A DNA stretch of 50,630 nucleotides, the filler included, from Sphacelaria rigidula (taxonomy: Eukaryota): NCBI GenBank assembly GCA_964200075.2. It is 3 parts of 3 records of this genome, joined end to end, with 100 filler letters (N's around TTAATTAATTAA, not from the genome) between each part and the next. Parts side by side here need not be neighbours in the genome. Positions count along the whole stretch, not along the records: positions 16,913 to 33,723 come from CAXNAA020001250.1; positions 33,824 to 50,630 come from CAXNAA020001251.1; 1 more part is not named here. The stretch is one strand, 5' to 3'. Below, piece by piece: positions 24,371 through 36,464 of the stretch (position 1 is the first letter of the stretch; every line of letters starts with the position of its first letter). The notes beneath the pieces are model-generated. The model worked only from the letters and a program-made list of their open reading frames with translations, had not been told where the DNA came from and made no database searches. Made by a program: the position numbers and the translations under genes.

Positions 24371-25507
24371 GGCTGGGTGTTCCCCTCCCCCCTCACTAAC
24401 CCCCCTCAAAAACTGGAATTTTTTTTATCTTGAGGTCTACGTGCCCCGAAATATATTTTTGACAGACCCTTGCGAAAACAGGGAAAATGGCATCAACTCG
24501 TGAAAAAAACGAAAAATGGCGGCATCCCCAGGAATGTTGTGCGTGCTTGCGTGCAGGAAACCCTACCTAGTGAAATTCTGCAAAAAACTCCAATAATTGG
24601 GCACTGCCTGGTACGTTTTGCGTGACACCGCTGCGCCCCTGTAACCTAAGTGATACAGGGGACTCTAGTCATGGAGGTCATGTGTCGGAATCCTTACAGA
24701 TCCTCTTTTTTGTCATTCCGTCGTTAGGGTGATATATTATGCAGTACATTTTTTCTTCACTTTTTTTCTTCAGCGGCAGAGCGTGCATGACGAGTTTGGT
24801 CTGCAGTTCACAGCGATATGCTTGAATCGGGCTGATTCGGGGAACCTGGGGAGTTGTTGTGTGATTGTGTTCGTACGTTTTACGGCTGACTCAGCTCGTA
24901 GCCATCGCCATCATTAAATTTGGCACACAGCCTATCGATGCATTGCCGCCATCAATAGATTCAGATAGCTATCAATCGATATATTGTATTCGGTTGGCAG
25001 CAACCGTCTTCGGTGTGGAGCCACCTTGGGTCATTGCCTGAGCAACAGTATGGGACAGGGGTCTATAGATAGACATTGCCGACAATACACAAAGAACAGC
25101 CATTAACGACGACAAATATTGGCGTCTACTGCGGCAGATTCTATTGTCATTGCAATAGACACCGTCTGTTGTCCAGGGTGTGGGGTATTGAGATCGTACC
25201 CATTTCATCAACACTTGGGTAGCGTAGATACCCGCGTATTATACCCGAATGCTCAAAAGTGCATATACCCTACCCGGCCTGTTGTTTCTGAAATACTTCG
25301 ACTTGGGCATATTTTTATCGTCACTAAACGAAGCCGGGTGCCACCCGCTGAAGTCCGAACGGCCACCCGCGGCACCGGATCTTCTGAGGTTAGCCATATG
25401 TATTCTCTTTCTTCTTTCTTATTGTTTATCCCTGCTTTGCTTGTATCGCGTTTTGTGAGTTTTAATATATTATAGGTCTATTATTTTTTTTCGGGGCTTT
25501 GCTAGCC

Positions 25508-25620
25508 TGTGACCACGGAAGGCGTCCGCATCAGATGTCCAGTACGAGTGTACCGCGCAGATATCGGAACGGTTTTTAATGTGACGACAACAACAACTAC
25601 AACAACAGCTATAACAACAA
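25508..25620 (+). mobile_element. Retroposon (LINE-type) 3' end with (ACA)n tail
   Basis: Near-identical to 5980-6076; preceded by T-rich UTR-like sequence. Confidence 0.7.
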
Positions 25621-25623
25621 ACG

Positions 25624-25915
25624 ATGCTTTCGCGAGATTGAGAGTAGAGGATACGATTGAGAGTGAAAAGCGGTCAATTAGTTGATGGATCGTTTCACTT
25701 CCGAAATGCCCCTCCACGAGACCCGATATGCTTTCTGTAGTACCTTGCCACTAAGGCCCTTGATATCCCTGAGTAGCATATCGACGTGTAGCTGTAGGCA
25801 CACGGCAGTGATAGAGGCAAAGAAAAGCACACACGGAATGCAAAATTGGTCAGGTTAAAGTGGATGGTCGAAGCCACTCTCAATTCGCGCTCTACTCTCA
25901 ATCTCACGAAAACGT
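25624..25915. mobile_element. MITE family D, copy 3
   Basis: TTTCGCGAGATTGAGAGTAGAG / CTCTACTCTCAATCTCACGAAA; colinear with 13082-13370. Confidence 0.7.
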
Positions 25916-26128
25916 TGTCACTACTGTTTTTTCGGACATCTCTGAAATTTTCGGGACTGACAGCGTACACAGAGAGAAGCTCTCCGACCTGCTGCGTTTT
26001 TCGAACTTCTTCAAAAACAAAGCTTTGGGAGAAAAATCAAGCCGCTTTATTTTCGGAGCAGCCCGGACGCACAGTCCGAGAATTCCGAGTATCTCTGAGA
26101 TTTCCGAAATAGACAGTGTCGATAATAT

Positions 26129-26657
26129 GGCTGGATGTTATGGCACACAGATTTTCGGCCCACGGATTGTTCCCTTTTGGGACGTTCGACCCAACTTTTG
26201 ACCCCCAAACCACGAAAACCGCCAACACACGCCTCGGACACTTTGCATCACCCCACAGGGAGGAGCCTAGTCTGCTTCTTAGATTTGCTTGGCTCCGAGG
26301 TCTCGAGATTGGCCGCTGAACAAAAATTCGTGCGCAAAAATCTGTGCTTGCCGACCCCCACCAGTTTGGTTACGGTACCCCAAACTAGCGGGGGTCGGCA
26401 AACACAGATTGTTGCGCATGAATTTTTGTAAGCCCGAACTGGCCGGGGTCGGTAAGCACAGATTTTCGGCCAATCTCGAAACCTCGGAGCCAAGCGAATC
26501 TGAAAAGCAGACTAGGCTCCTCTCTGTCTGCGGGGTGGTGCAAATTGTCCGAGACGTGCGTTGGCGGTTTTCCCTGTTCGGGGGTCAAAGGATGGGTCAA
26601 ACGTCCCAAAGGTGAACAATCCGCGGGCCAAACATATGTTCGCCATAACACCCGGCC
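26129..26657. mobile_element. Palindromic PIF/Harbinger-like MITE, copy 2
   Basis: GGCTGGATGTTATGGC ... GCCATAACACCCGGCC; homologous to 21624-22118, with an internal duplication of the GGCGGGGGTCGGCAAGCACAGATT block. Confidence 0.8.
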
Positions 26658-29600
26658 CATTATCATCTATACTACTGTTTCATCGGAGATCTCCGAATTA
26701 GTCGGGGCTGATAATGAGGTACCTGATGATTCTTGCGAGCATCATGGCGTATTCACAGGGCAGTTCTCCGAAGTGCTGCGTTCAATCCGAAGTTTTCGGA
26801 CTCAATCAAGCCGCTGTATTCGCGGAGAAGTCTAACCGCAGAGTCTAAAAACTAGGAAATGTCATACCTCTGAAAAAACGGTGTCGATAAACATCATGAG
26901 CCCAATAAAAGAGTTTGAATGTTGTGGTGGCATCCTACTACTACTGTAGTCAACATCGAGATCAAATGGCTACGAGTATGCGAGCACGACCCTGTTCCAT
27001 GGATTGCACAAGCCGGATCGATCCACACTGACCCCAACCTCTACGAGGTGACACCTTCAACCTAGACAGTGTCATGGATTGGACGGCTGATAGATTGGCA
27101 TCGGGCATCGCAGAGGCTTCGATACGACGAAAGACATTCAAAACAGAGTAAGGTGTGTAAGGAGTAGGGAAATATAACGAGTTTGCCGCATGCACAAGGC
27201 CGCCGCGGATGGTCCATGTTGCTGTGCCTTGCCTGTAATAATTGCGCTGTTGTCGTATACGCTTCCTGTACACACTCCCCGACTTCGGTGAAACAGCTCG
27301 ACATATTGTATCCGCAATTCAGTACAACGCAACAATGAAAAGTACTGCAGTGGTGCTACAGCACGGGAGAAATAGTTAAATAGTTTCGGTTAAAGCGACT
27401 TCAACACTACTACAAGGCACAGCACAGGAGAGGACAGACGACGGTAGTAGTACTTTTATCATATATTGGGGTCAACTGGAAATGCCCATGAGAGCTGTTG
27501 GGGGGAAGTGCAGACACATACGTCACAAACGACTTTCAACTCGTGCCCACTGTCGGGTGCGTTGGGTATGGGCAATCGGTGGACTGACGTCTTCCGTTCG
27601 CAGTTTTCTGTCTATGGTGGATTCCAAGATATCGCAACGAAAATAGCCGACGCATCGTCCTTGCAAAATGGAAAGACATCCATGCAGCAAATCGAAGACG
27701 CGAAAATACTCGAGAAGGGTCGCAGCAAGGCCTGGAGAGAAAGGGATTGCATACAGCCCGAATAGCTCCTCTGAAATAAATGACAGTGAGGGATTCAGGA
27801 TCTTTACGGCAGTAGCAGCTGTACACTTACATCAATAGAGCAAAATCACACATGTTTTGATGGCATACCACAGAAGAACTGGACTGCTTTCCCGGGGTCA
27901 AACCCTGTCCCGGGGTCAACCCCGAACCTGATATCCAAACCCGTGACAGGCGACCAATGCCACAACACGTAGATACTAACGCATGATATGCATGCATGGC
28001 AGAGCGTGTACTATTGTGTACTGGAGCGAAATGCGTTGGCAGAAGTTGTCACCGCCATGGACACACTGAGCTACCGTACGTACATTCAGACACTTGCTGC
28101 TGCTCTGCTACACTGCTCGTCCTGGTACTAGCTGTACCGGGCATTCATCTTTTCATCCTTGACACTGGTAAAGTATGAGGGGGTGTTTATACCTGCCAGC
28201 CATTGAGTATTGCAACGCCAGCGCCCGTGCAGAAAGAACCTTCGCCATCCTCGATCACGTCGTTCGATGCACCTATTATGTCGTTATGAGGGTCACCGGT
28301 GTCATTGGACATGTTCTGTACGGGAACTGAGACGCTCCGCGGGTACTGGATTCGTTGAGTGCAGAAAGTACTCACTATAAGAGTAGAGTATAATACGAAA
28401 ATTACTTCGCTGATAACCTGCCGACACAGCCCCTAGATACTCGAAACGTCTTCGCTCCGGATAGCCTGGGCTGCTGGTATGCGAGCGGCTGCCTGCTCGT
28501 GTCAACTATTGTTGCGTGAGGGCATTATGAGATGAGTGTCACCTGACCTTTTCGGGTAATGGATGTGATGACACGACAATAATACCGTTACACACGGTGA
28601 AGTCTTCTCCTGCCGTTCGGTGGTGAATCTTTTCCTGCTCTGGATCTTGAATCTTTTGCGCATTCTCTGAGAGAATCACGACCTGAGCAAAACTCCGTAA
28701 CACTACATCTCGCCGCCTTTTGATGGCGATGTACCAGGGAAAGCTCCACCTTCGGGAACGCTTGTCCACTTAATCATACTGTAAATGAGGAGCAAAGAAG
28801 GCAGTGCTGATGTGATTATATCTGAGCATAACACCAGAGCAGCGGCATCGTTTGCAGTTGTCTCGCCCACACCAGTTCTACAGACTGTTCTGAGGTACGG
28901 TAAGGCGGTATATTGTGCCGCATCACATCCATGACCGGCAGTCCTGCTATCGCTACTGCTGTCACCTGAATGAGACACAGTGGTACCAACACCTTGGGAG
29001 TGATTTCTGTGGCTGCAGATTTCGATGAGTAATGCGAATATTTCAAAAGATACCTGCGGAAATCTCCATGAGAGACAGCATTCCCCGCTTTCTGGCGGCA
29101 TGGAACAACGGGTCGAAAATCCTCACATGTACAGTCCTATCACGAGGGGTGTTATACTACGTTACCTCGGATAGGGACACACAAGTGAAAATCACCACAC
29201 TGCACCAGGACTGGTACTGGGCGTCTTCACTATTACTGTACTTCTAATGCGCAGCACAATCTAGTGGTCGTCCTGCGTGGAGCCGACAGTCGAAAAAGAT
29301 TATCGTGCTTGCATCCAGATAGCAGGAACGCCATGCCGGCATACTCGGCACTTCGTCGTGAATCACCTCGGGGCCAAAAATACGGCGGCGTTGGTGCGGC
29401 GGCCGTGAGCGACGTTGGATCGGCGATCGCATCTTCTGAGCATGTTAGCCTACAGGTACGGTGTTTGTTGCGAGCAGGTACATGCACTACATAGTGTCTG
29501 AACAAGACCCGCGCTAAGCTCTTTTTCGCAAGCTGGTCACCTTTTCAGCAACCATGTACTACTGTTTCACTGTTGTGCTACCCTGTCCTGTCGACGGCAC

Positions 29601-29998
29601 AGCCCAGCGCATGAGATCTGACCTTCCGGAGTATACGTACATTACGTGGTATATATGGGCGTTGATCATGTTGAAGTCGAGTGCAGTGAGTTATCGTACG
29701 GCGGCATACGTACCTTTCGAGAGAGGCTCGTTCACCACCTACATTATTGTACTGTGCATACACCACAGCTGTGAGCGAATGGAAGAGCTTCTTCGGAAGA
29801 ATTCTGGAGAAGATCAATCCTACACCCTTGCTCCAGGGAGGGAGCGCGAGGAACATGCGTGCAGTGGTTCGTCGACAAAAAAATATATATGGTGTCGAAA
29901 ACGCGCAGTGGAACTGGGAATTTGAAATCGCGAATACTTGTCAACGGCATTTATTTTATCAAATTACGTGGACGTATCAGATACAGTACGAGAGTTAA

Positions 29999-30098
29999 CC
30001 CTTTGACCGCGAGGGTAGGTCACCTGCTGAATCGGCATCAATATTCACTTGAAAAAAGTGTCCGTGATCCAGACGGACTACCCGCACCACTGTCAGGG
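29999..30098. mobile_element. ~100-bp piggyBac-like MITE family E
   Basis: TTAA|CCCTTTGACCGCGAGGGTAGGTCACCTGCTGAATCGGCATC...GGG. Confidence 0.7.
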
Positions 30099-30233
30099 TT
30101 GGTATGACTTGACTCGAGTATGTACAATGGCGTATCTTTAGTGGGGCTGACAGACCCGTGTCCTCACGCGCGCAGAACGCGTTTTTGACATATTTCGGGT
30201 TTACCAAGGCCGCGGTTTGCTCAGGGAATGCTA

Positions 30234-31024
30234 CAGTTGTGGGTGGTCTAACTATTCAGGGGTGTTTGGGGGTTTTCCTCGCGTACTACTCCTACTCTTC
30301 GACAGAACTCGAAATTGCTAGCGTCAGTAGATTTCGGTACAATAAGCAGACCGTCTTGGAAACACAGTGGTCAAGTCAGTGTTGGTTGATTTCATCGGGC
30401 GATACGAGAAAATACCCCGCTTACCAGGAGGGTGCTATTGACCGTGAAAAACAGTGTTTCGGCTCCAGTGCAATGAGTATGTGGAATTTCGGGAAAATAA
30501 AAATGTACATCGGTCGCCCCGGTGGCTCAGTTGGGAAAGGGACTGCTGCATCCCTCTGGCGATAAAAAATAAAGGCAAGCACCGCAGAAGGAAGGTGGGG
30601 GGTAATAAAAACAAATATAAAAGAAGCTCCTGTGTTGACCTTCCTCCTGTGCGACCCCGGCTGATGTGCCCACGTATATATACCGAAAGGTGTAGACTAG
30701 CGCCCAGAATAAAGGGGACGACAACACAACACACACACATTTCTTAACAAATATGATCGGGACAGTCTCGATCGACCGAAATACTGAAGAGTAAAGAATC
30801 TGGGCTGAAACGTGGCAGGACCGCCGACGACCGGTCAGCCCATAAGTCACTCAATATTGAGTACAGACGATTTTTTTTTCTTGAAATGTGAGTGGATACA
30901 AGTATTTTTAGATCCCAAATGTGATGAGCGGTGACAGACGAAAAGAGCCCAAGAAAATCGCCAATTACGAAAAAGGTCACAGAATGCCACAAAATGAGTA
31001 CTGTAGTTGAACCGCCCACTAGTG
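30234..31024. mobile_element. MITE family A, copy 2, carrying a SINE insertion
   Basis: TA|CAGTTGTGGGTGGT ... ACCGCCCACTAGTG|TA; colinear with 663-1217 apart from the 30511-30738 insert. Confidence 0.75.
30511..30738 (+). mobile_element. tRNA-derived SINE, internally deleted copy
   Basis: A-box head CGGTCGCCCCGGTGGCTCAGTTGG is joined directly to GGAAAGGGACTGCTG; (CA)n tail. Confidence 0.8.
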
Positions 31025-31072
31025 TATGTACCGCCGTTGCCCGAGGATTCTCGGTGTGTGTTGGGTTGGGGT

Positions 31073-32238
31073 GGACAGCGAGAGTGGGTCATCTGTTGAA
31101 TCGGCATCAATTTCATTTGAAAGAAGTGTAGATAGGCCAGATGGACTACGTTCGCGGTCTAAGGGTTAACCCTCAGACTGCGAGGGTAGTCCATCTGGAC
31201 GAGGGCACGCCGAGAACCTTCGGGCATCGAGGGGGTGAAGAGTGTTACACAGGCAAAGGGTGCGTTGCCAGACCTCAAATCGGGGCCCCAGGCGCCAATT
31301 TCGACCAAAACGCGTTCTGCGCAAGCTAGGAGCACGCTTGAAGCATAGCCACATGAAAGATCCGAACTTTCACTGTCCAGCCTAAAATCAAGTCAAATGA
31401 TCTGAGACATTTCTCACCATCCCAAGTGGCAAACTGTACTGCATCTGGATGATGCGTCCCGTTTTCATGTGAAATTGATGCCGATTCAACAGATGAAATA
31501 TTCTCGCCATCGAAGGTAGTCCATCTAGATCACGCATACTTTTTTCAAGGGAATATCGATGCCGATTCAGCAGGTGACCTACTCTCGCGGTCAAAGGGTT
31601 GACCGCGAGGTCACCAAGGGTTAAACACTCAGACCGCGAGGTTAGTCTTTGTGGACCATGCGTAGTTTTTTCACTTGAAATTGATGCCGATTCAACAGAA
31701 GACTAACCTCGCGGTGTGAGGGTTAAAAACGACTGACGATGATTCCGAGTAACAAAAGGACCCCTCGGTGCGAACACCATGTTTCTTGGAGTCCGGTCCC
31801 AACAGGGTCAACCCTTAGACCGCGGGGGTAGTTCATCTAGAACGTTTATACTTTTTTCCAGTGAAGTTGATGCCGATGCAACACATGACCTACTCTCGCC
31901 GTCTAAGGGTTAACAATTAACCCTTTCGGGATCGGACTCCCCACAATGGTATATATATACGTGGCACCTTCCCCCCATGATCGTGTGTTAGCGGCAGGTA
32001 TCTTTCTCTTTTGTTTTCAAGTCAAAATGATACCGATTCACATAAAGGCCCCAGCAGCATTATTTTGACTCAACACTCAGACTGCGATGCGGGTAGTCCA
32101 CCTGGATCATGCATACTTTTTCCACGTGGTATCGACGCCGAGTCAACAGGTGACCTACTCTCGCTGTGTAAGGTTTGAGTGAAATTGATGCCGATTTGGC
32201 AGAGGACCTACCCTCGCGGTCAACGGCTGAAAGGTTAA
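31073..32238. mobile_element. Cluster of about 8 full or partial family E piggyBac-like MITEs
   Basis: Copies at about 31073-31165, 31170-31200, 31430-31510, 31512-31598, 31625-31722, 31812-31909, 32073-32173 and 32174-32234; several end GGG|TTAA. Confidence 0.8.
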
Positions 32239-32297
32239 ATTTGACACAAATAGACTCCTGCGAAAAACACACGACTATTGTGGAGTGGTGTGTTATT

Positions 32298-32502
32298 TGT
32301 GTGTGTTGTCGTTCCATTCATTCTGGACGCCGGTCTACACTTTTTGGTATATGTGGGCGCACCAGTCGGGATCACACAGGAGGAGCAACATCAACACAGG
32401 AATTTGTTTTTTTCAGCACTTCACCTTCCTTCTGCGGTGCTTGCCTTTATTTTTCATCGCGAGAGGGGTTCAGCAGTCCCTTTCCCTCGTCGACCATGAA
32501 GT
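32298..32502 (-). mobile_element. tRNA-derived SINE, 5'-truncated copy
   Basis: Body and tail match the other copies (CCTTCTGCGGTGCTTGCCTTTATTTTT, CAGTCCCTTTCCCTCGTCGACC on the + strand). Confidence 0.75.
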
Positions 32503-32908
32503 GAAATGTTGGCGTAGAGGGTCACGAAATAAGTAAAATAAGTCCGACGATCGTTCACCAAGTGGTCATGATGCCGACTCAACAGATGGGGACACCTGGG
32601 TGGTAAAGGGTGAATTAGTTTGGGGTGGTGTTGAACCCGATAACAACCGAAGTGGCCCATGCGCTACCGCACCGCTTGTTTTTACGGCCATAGGACAACT
32701 ATTCCTGACCTTCTGGGTGCCCGTGCGCTAGTAGGCCGCTCGTGTTCTTCCCCTTCCTCGGTGGAGTTTCAGAACAGTTTTCATCAGTGTTGAATATCGA
32801 ACGGAAAAAAAAATTGATACGATATTTTCAAAATATCGGCTTTATTAGAGACGTCGATATCAATATTTGTTTCGATACGCGGAAAATGACCCGATGCGGA
32901 GTGATACT

Positions 32909-32936
32909 CGATACGATACGATACGATACGATACGA
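32909..32936. repeat. (GATAC)n microsatellite
   Basis: CGATACGATACGATACGATACGATACGA. Confidence 0.9.
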
Positions 32937-33515
32937 CTGTTTTGGTAGCTTGCAAGACCTCACGGTACTACACTGACACAATAGTCACCCAACCCGGGGT
33001 GGGTGCACGCCTGATAGTACGAAGGTACAGCAGTACAAGTGAGTGTGTGATTTGTTATCTGACATGATAGAAGTGGCGGCACAACACGCGGCGTGATGCT
33101 TCGGTTTGACAAAAAAGGTTGTTCATCGTGCAAGAGGCAAGAAGCAAAAGAGGTAGTTGATCACGACGCCAGGTGTGATGCGTGGTACATAGTGTGTTGT
33201 TCAAGCCAGTGATAGTGATATACCAAAAATATATTGCGCCCACTATTCCGTCATGTTTCGATCGAATTTGAGCATTTACCTCGACTCCGCGCACTGCGAA
33301 CTGCGAACGAACTCCTCATTCAAAAACAAACGCGCCAAACCTCGATACTGCGTGATGAATGACCGATTCAAATCCACGCTCTCGTTTTCCGTTTTCTGTA
33401 CCAAACAAGGGAAAACATCGGCAGCATACATCCATGTTTTCAATTGTTGGTATGCACAACGAAGAATAAACTCCAGACACCTAAACGTCAAAGCAATATA
33501 ATTCAAAAGCTCGTA

Positions 33516-33712
33516 GTGTGTGTATTGTCGTCCCGTCTATTCTGGACGTCGATCTACACCTTTCGGTATATGTGGGCGCACCAGCCGGGGTCGCACAGGA
33601 GGAAGGTCAACACAGGAGTTTTCACCTTTTTATTTGTTTTTAGTACCCCACCTTCCTTCTGCGGTGCTTGCCTTTATTTTTTTATCGCGAGAGGAGATCA
33701 GCAGTCCCTTTA
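33516..33712 (-). mobile_element. tRNA-derived SINE fragment ending at the assembly gap
   Basis: Close reverse-complement match to the 30540-30738 portion of the SINE. Confidence 0.75.
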
Positions 33713-33723
33713 TCGCGCGATCG

Positions 33724-33823
33724 NNNNNNNNNNNNNNNNNNNNNNNNNNNNNNNNNNNNNNNNNNNNTTAATTAATTAANNNNNNNNNNNNNNNNNNNNN
33801 NNNNNNNNNNNNNNNNNNNNNNN
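33724..33823. other. Assembly gap with artificial TTAATTAATTAA linker
   Basis: Same 100-nt structure as 16813-16912. Confidence 0.97.
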
Positions 33824-36187
33824 GACATGCCTAAATCCCGATTTCCTCTCAGGCCGCAAAAGCGCAGACCCTATCGCAGCATCACTCTTACTCACGTTCT
33901 CACGCTTTCCACGGTGGAAATCATACATCACGAAGGAAAACCCCAACGAATCGGAAATCGAACCCCCCGTTCTTTCCACCCTAATGGCGACAGTCGGACC
34001 ATTACACAACCGGGGCGCGGCGATACTACACGACCAAAAACGCTCTCCGACATGACACGAAAAATACAGAAAAACACGACAACCTTTACTTTTCTTAACG
34101 TTTCAGCTTGTAACATGAGCGCATGCAAGGACACATGCTGTACGCCTGGTCTAGTTTCACTCAGCAAGCTTGCGACGCAGCAATCCGGCACTCGGCCACC
34201 ACCACACACATCAGAAAATTGGCGAGATCGGGGGAACACAATTGCATGAACACTGGCGAGCACTCACAGCACGCAACAGTGAAGTATAATGAGGGCCTTC
34301 GTGAACTACGTCCACGCATACACCATGATGATAATATTTACGGAGAATACATGGTGTGCTCAGCACCTCAGCACCTCATCGCAAGACGCACCCGATAGGA
34401 CTGAACAAGCACCTGCGTATCTCTTCAAGAGAGACTGCATGAGGCTAGCGGTACGGTGCTACATGGCTGACAGGCACCAACACAACAAGAATCAAGATCA
34501 AAGCACAGTCAAGGAAAGCAGCACGATTCCACGCCATGCTGCATAAAGCGCACGGGTCGCTCTCGACGTGTATACAGACCACTGAGATTCGCCTCAAACA
34601 ATGAGTTTTCGGCACCTGTCAGCAAAACAAAAACAAAATAGCCCTACAGAGAGACCAAACTGTGTATGCCCGCTCAGTCGATACGCCTGAGAGGACACTT
34701 ATCAATTCAGACAGGAGGCGGGCCCATTGCCACCGAGCACAGCAACAATACACTGCAGCAAATCCCACCAAAGAACACGCACTCCCCTTTCCAACGCTAC
34801 TCGCCTGTCCACTTGTTTGAATTGTAAAATGTACTACACTACACTTTGTATATGTGTATGTGTGACCCCTTTTGTCAACCTACTGTCACACGCCACACCA
34901 CACGTATTTCAGTACGCACAAAAGAACACACTGCGAAAAAAATATCTACTTCGCGGGCCGTTCGTTCTTGTATGCTGGTCGAGGATGTCAAGCACAGAAC
35001 GTGATATTAGGTGGTTTCCTGAAAAACAAAATACGATTTTACCAGCATAAATAGATTAAACAAAAGGAACCACTGGGAAGCGGTGTTCACGTAAAGATGA
35101 CAAAAAAACAACGAGGAGGTGGTTTACCAGGTCCGCCAACTATTTTGTACGGTGTTCACAACATTCATCATCCCTCCCATCCCCCGGTCCTGCGCCCGCC
35201 CCCTATCCTCACTGAATCAACACAGACCCAGTCAACGACGCAGCGGCTGGAAAGCGACGACACCGAAGAACATCGTTTGATGCAGACTTGTCGCTGGGGT
35301 CCTCTTTTTCGGATTGCACTTTACACCGCCTTCTTCGCTCTCATATCCCGTCATCGCACGGCAGTCACAAACGTTTCTCAACAAAACCGTCTTCCTCCCA
35401 CGCCTTCACGACGACACATACGAGACATACCTACATACCCAGGTGTGCACACGAACAAGCACAGCACATAGCCGGAGCCGCCTGGGCACGGTAAAGCTTT
35501 CCTCCGGCTCCCACCTTCGCCCCCTCCCCTGTAGTACACATTCCAACCATAGACGCAGGATGGGAGCCTCCTTTCTGTCTATCACCAAAGCCGAAGCTGC
35601 TAATCCAACCCGCGTAGCGACGCACGCTATCTTCCACACCCGGGGTCGACCAGTCCGACAAAGACCCACCAAATTTTCTCCTATTGAGGGGATGCACAGA
35701 GATGACGTAAGCATTGACGCTGGTGCATTGCACTGACCGTCGATTTCGTGCCGAGCAAAGAAGTTGACATATCATGCGTACTGTATCATGAACAACACGA
35801 ACAGCCCCAGTTCATCTCATTCCACCCACCCAACTCCTGAGTGCGGACAAGAGTCAACCTTCAACCAACCAAAATGATCCACGCTGGGTTCCAAGCCGAA
35901 CCAACATCGAAACCAATTCGTGAAACAACAACTGAACGGCGAAGACAAGAGCAAAACAAAAGACGCACCCTAACAAGCACACAGCACACAAGCACACAAG
36001 CAATACAGAGAACCACGAAAAAAAAAGCAGTGATATGCTGCCTAGGTTAATAGGTGAATAGGTGCTGGTTGCGTGCACAACGCCACACCACACCCGAGAG
36101 AGAATCACCACAAAAAATAGAGACAAAACAACACAAAGTGTTCGATAGACCCCGACAAAACTCGTGCGTGACGGAAGCACAGAAAGC

Positions 36188-36464
36188 CTACGGCGTTCGG
36201 ACGCCACCGTGCTGCACGATTCCCGTGGGAAGAGAGAGCAGGGTCGCCACGACCTTGGAAGCTGCAGCCTCACGGGCTGCCTTGATACTGTTTCCCGTTG
36301 CTTCCTCGTACATGATGAGACCGTCCAGCTCCGGCATGCCAGAGATGAGGAAGCACCGGGCCACGAACACAGGTAACTGGTCGTCGTTCAATTTCTTGCA
36401 TTCGTCATAATCCAGGATAGGCTTTAGCGCTTGAGCCAGCTGGATGGAACAGTTCAGACATGTC
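36188..36464 (-). CDS. Probable last coding exon: dsRNA-binding (dsRBD / Dicer dimerisation DUF283-like) fold
   Basis: Strong acceptor cctttccctctccctcacatttcag in phase 2. Reads TCLNCSIQLAQALKPILDYDECKKLNDDQLPVFVARCFLISGMPELDGLIMYEEATGNSIKAAREAAASKVVATLLSLPTG...TP*. The P-x-Y...F-x-x-x-C and G-x-S-x-K-x-A-x-x-x-A-A pattern is the dsRBD signature. Confidence 0.78.
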
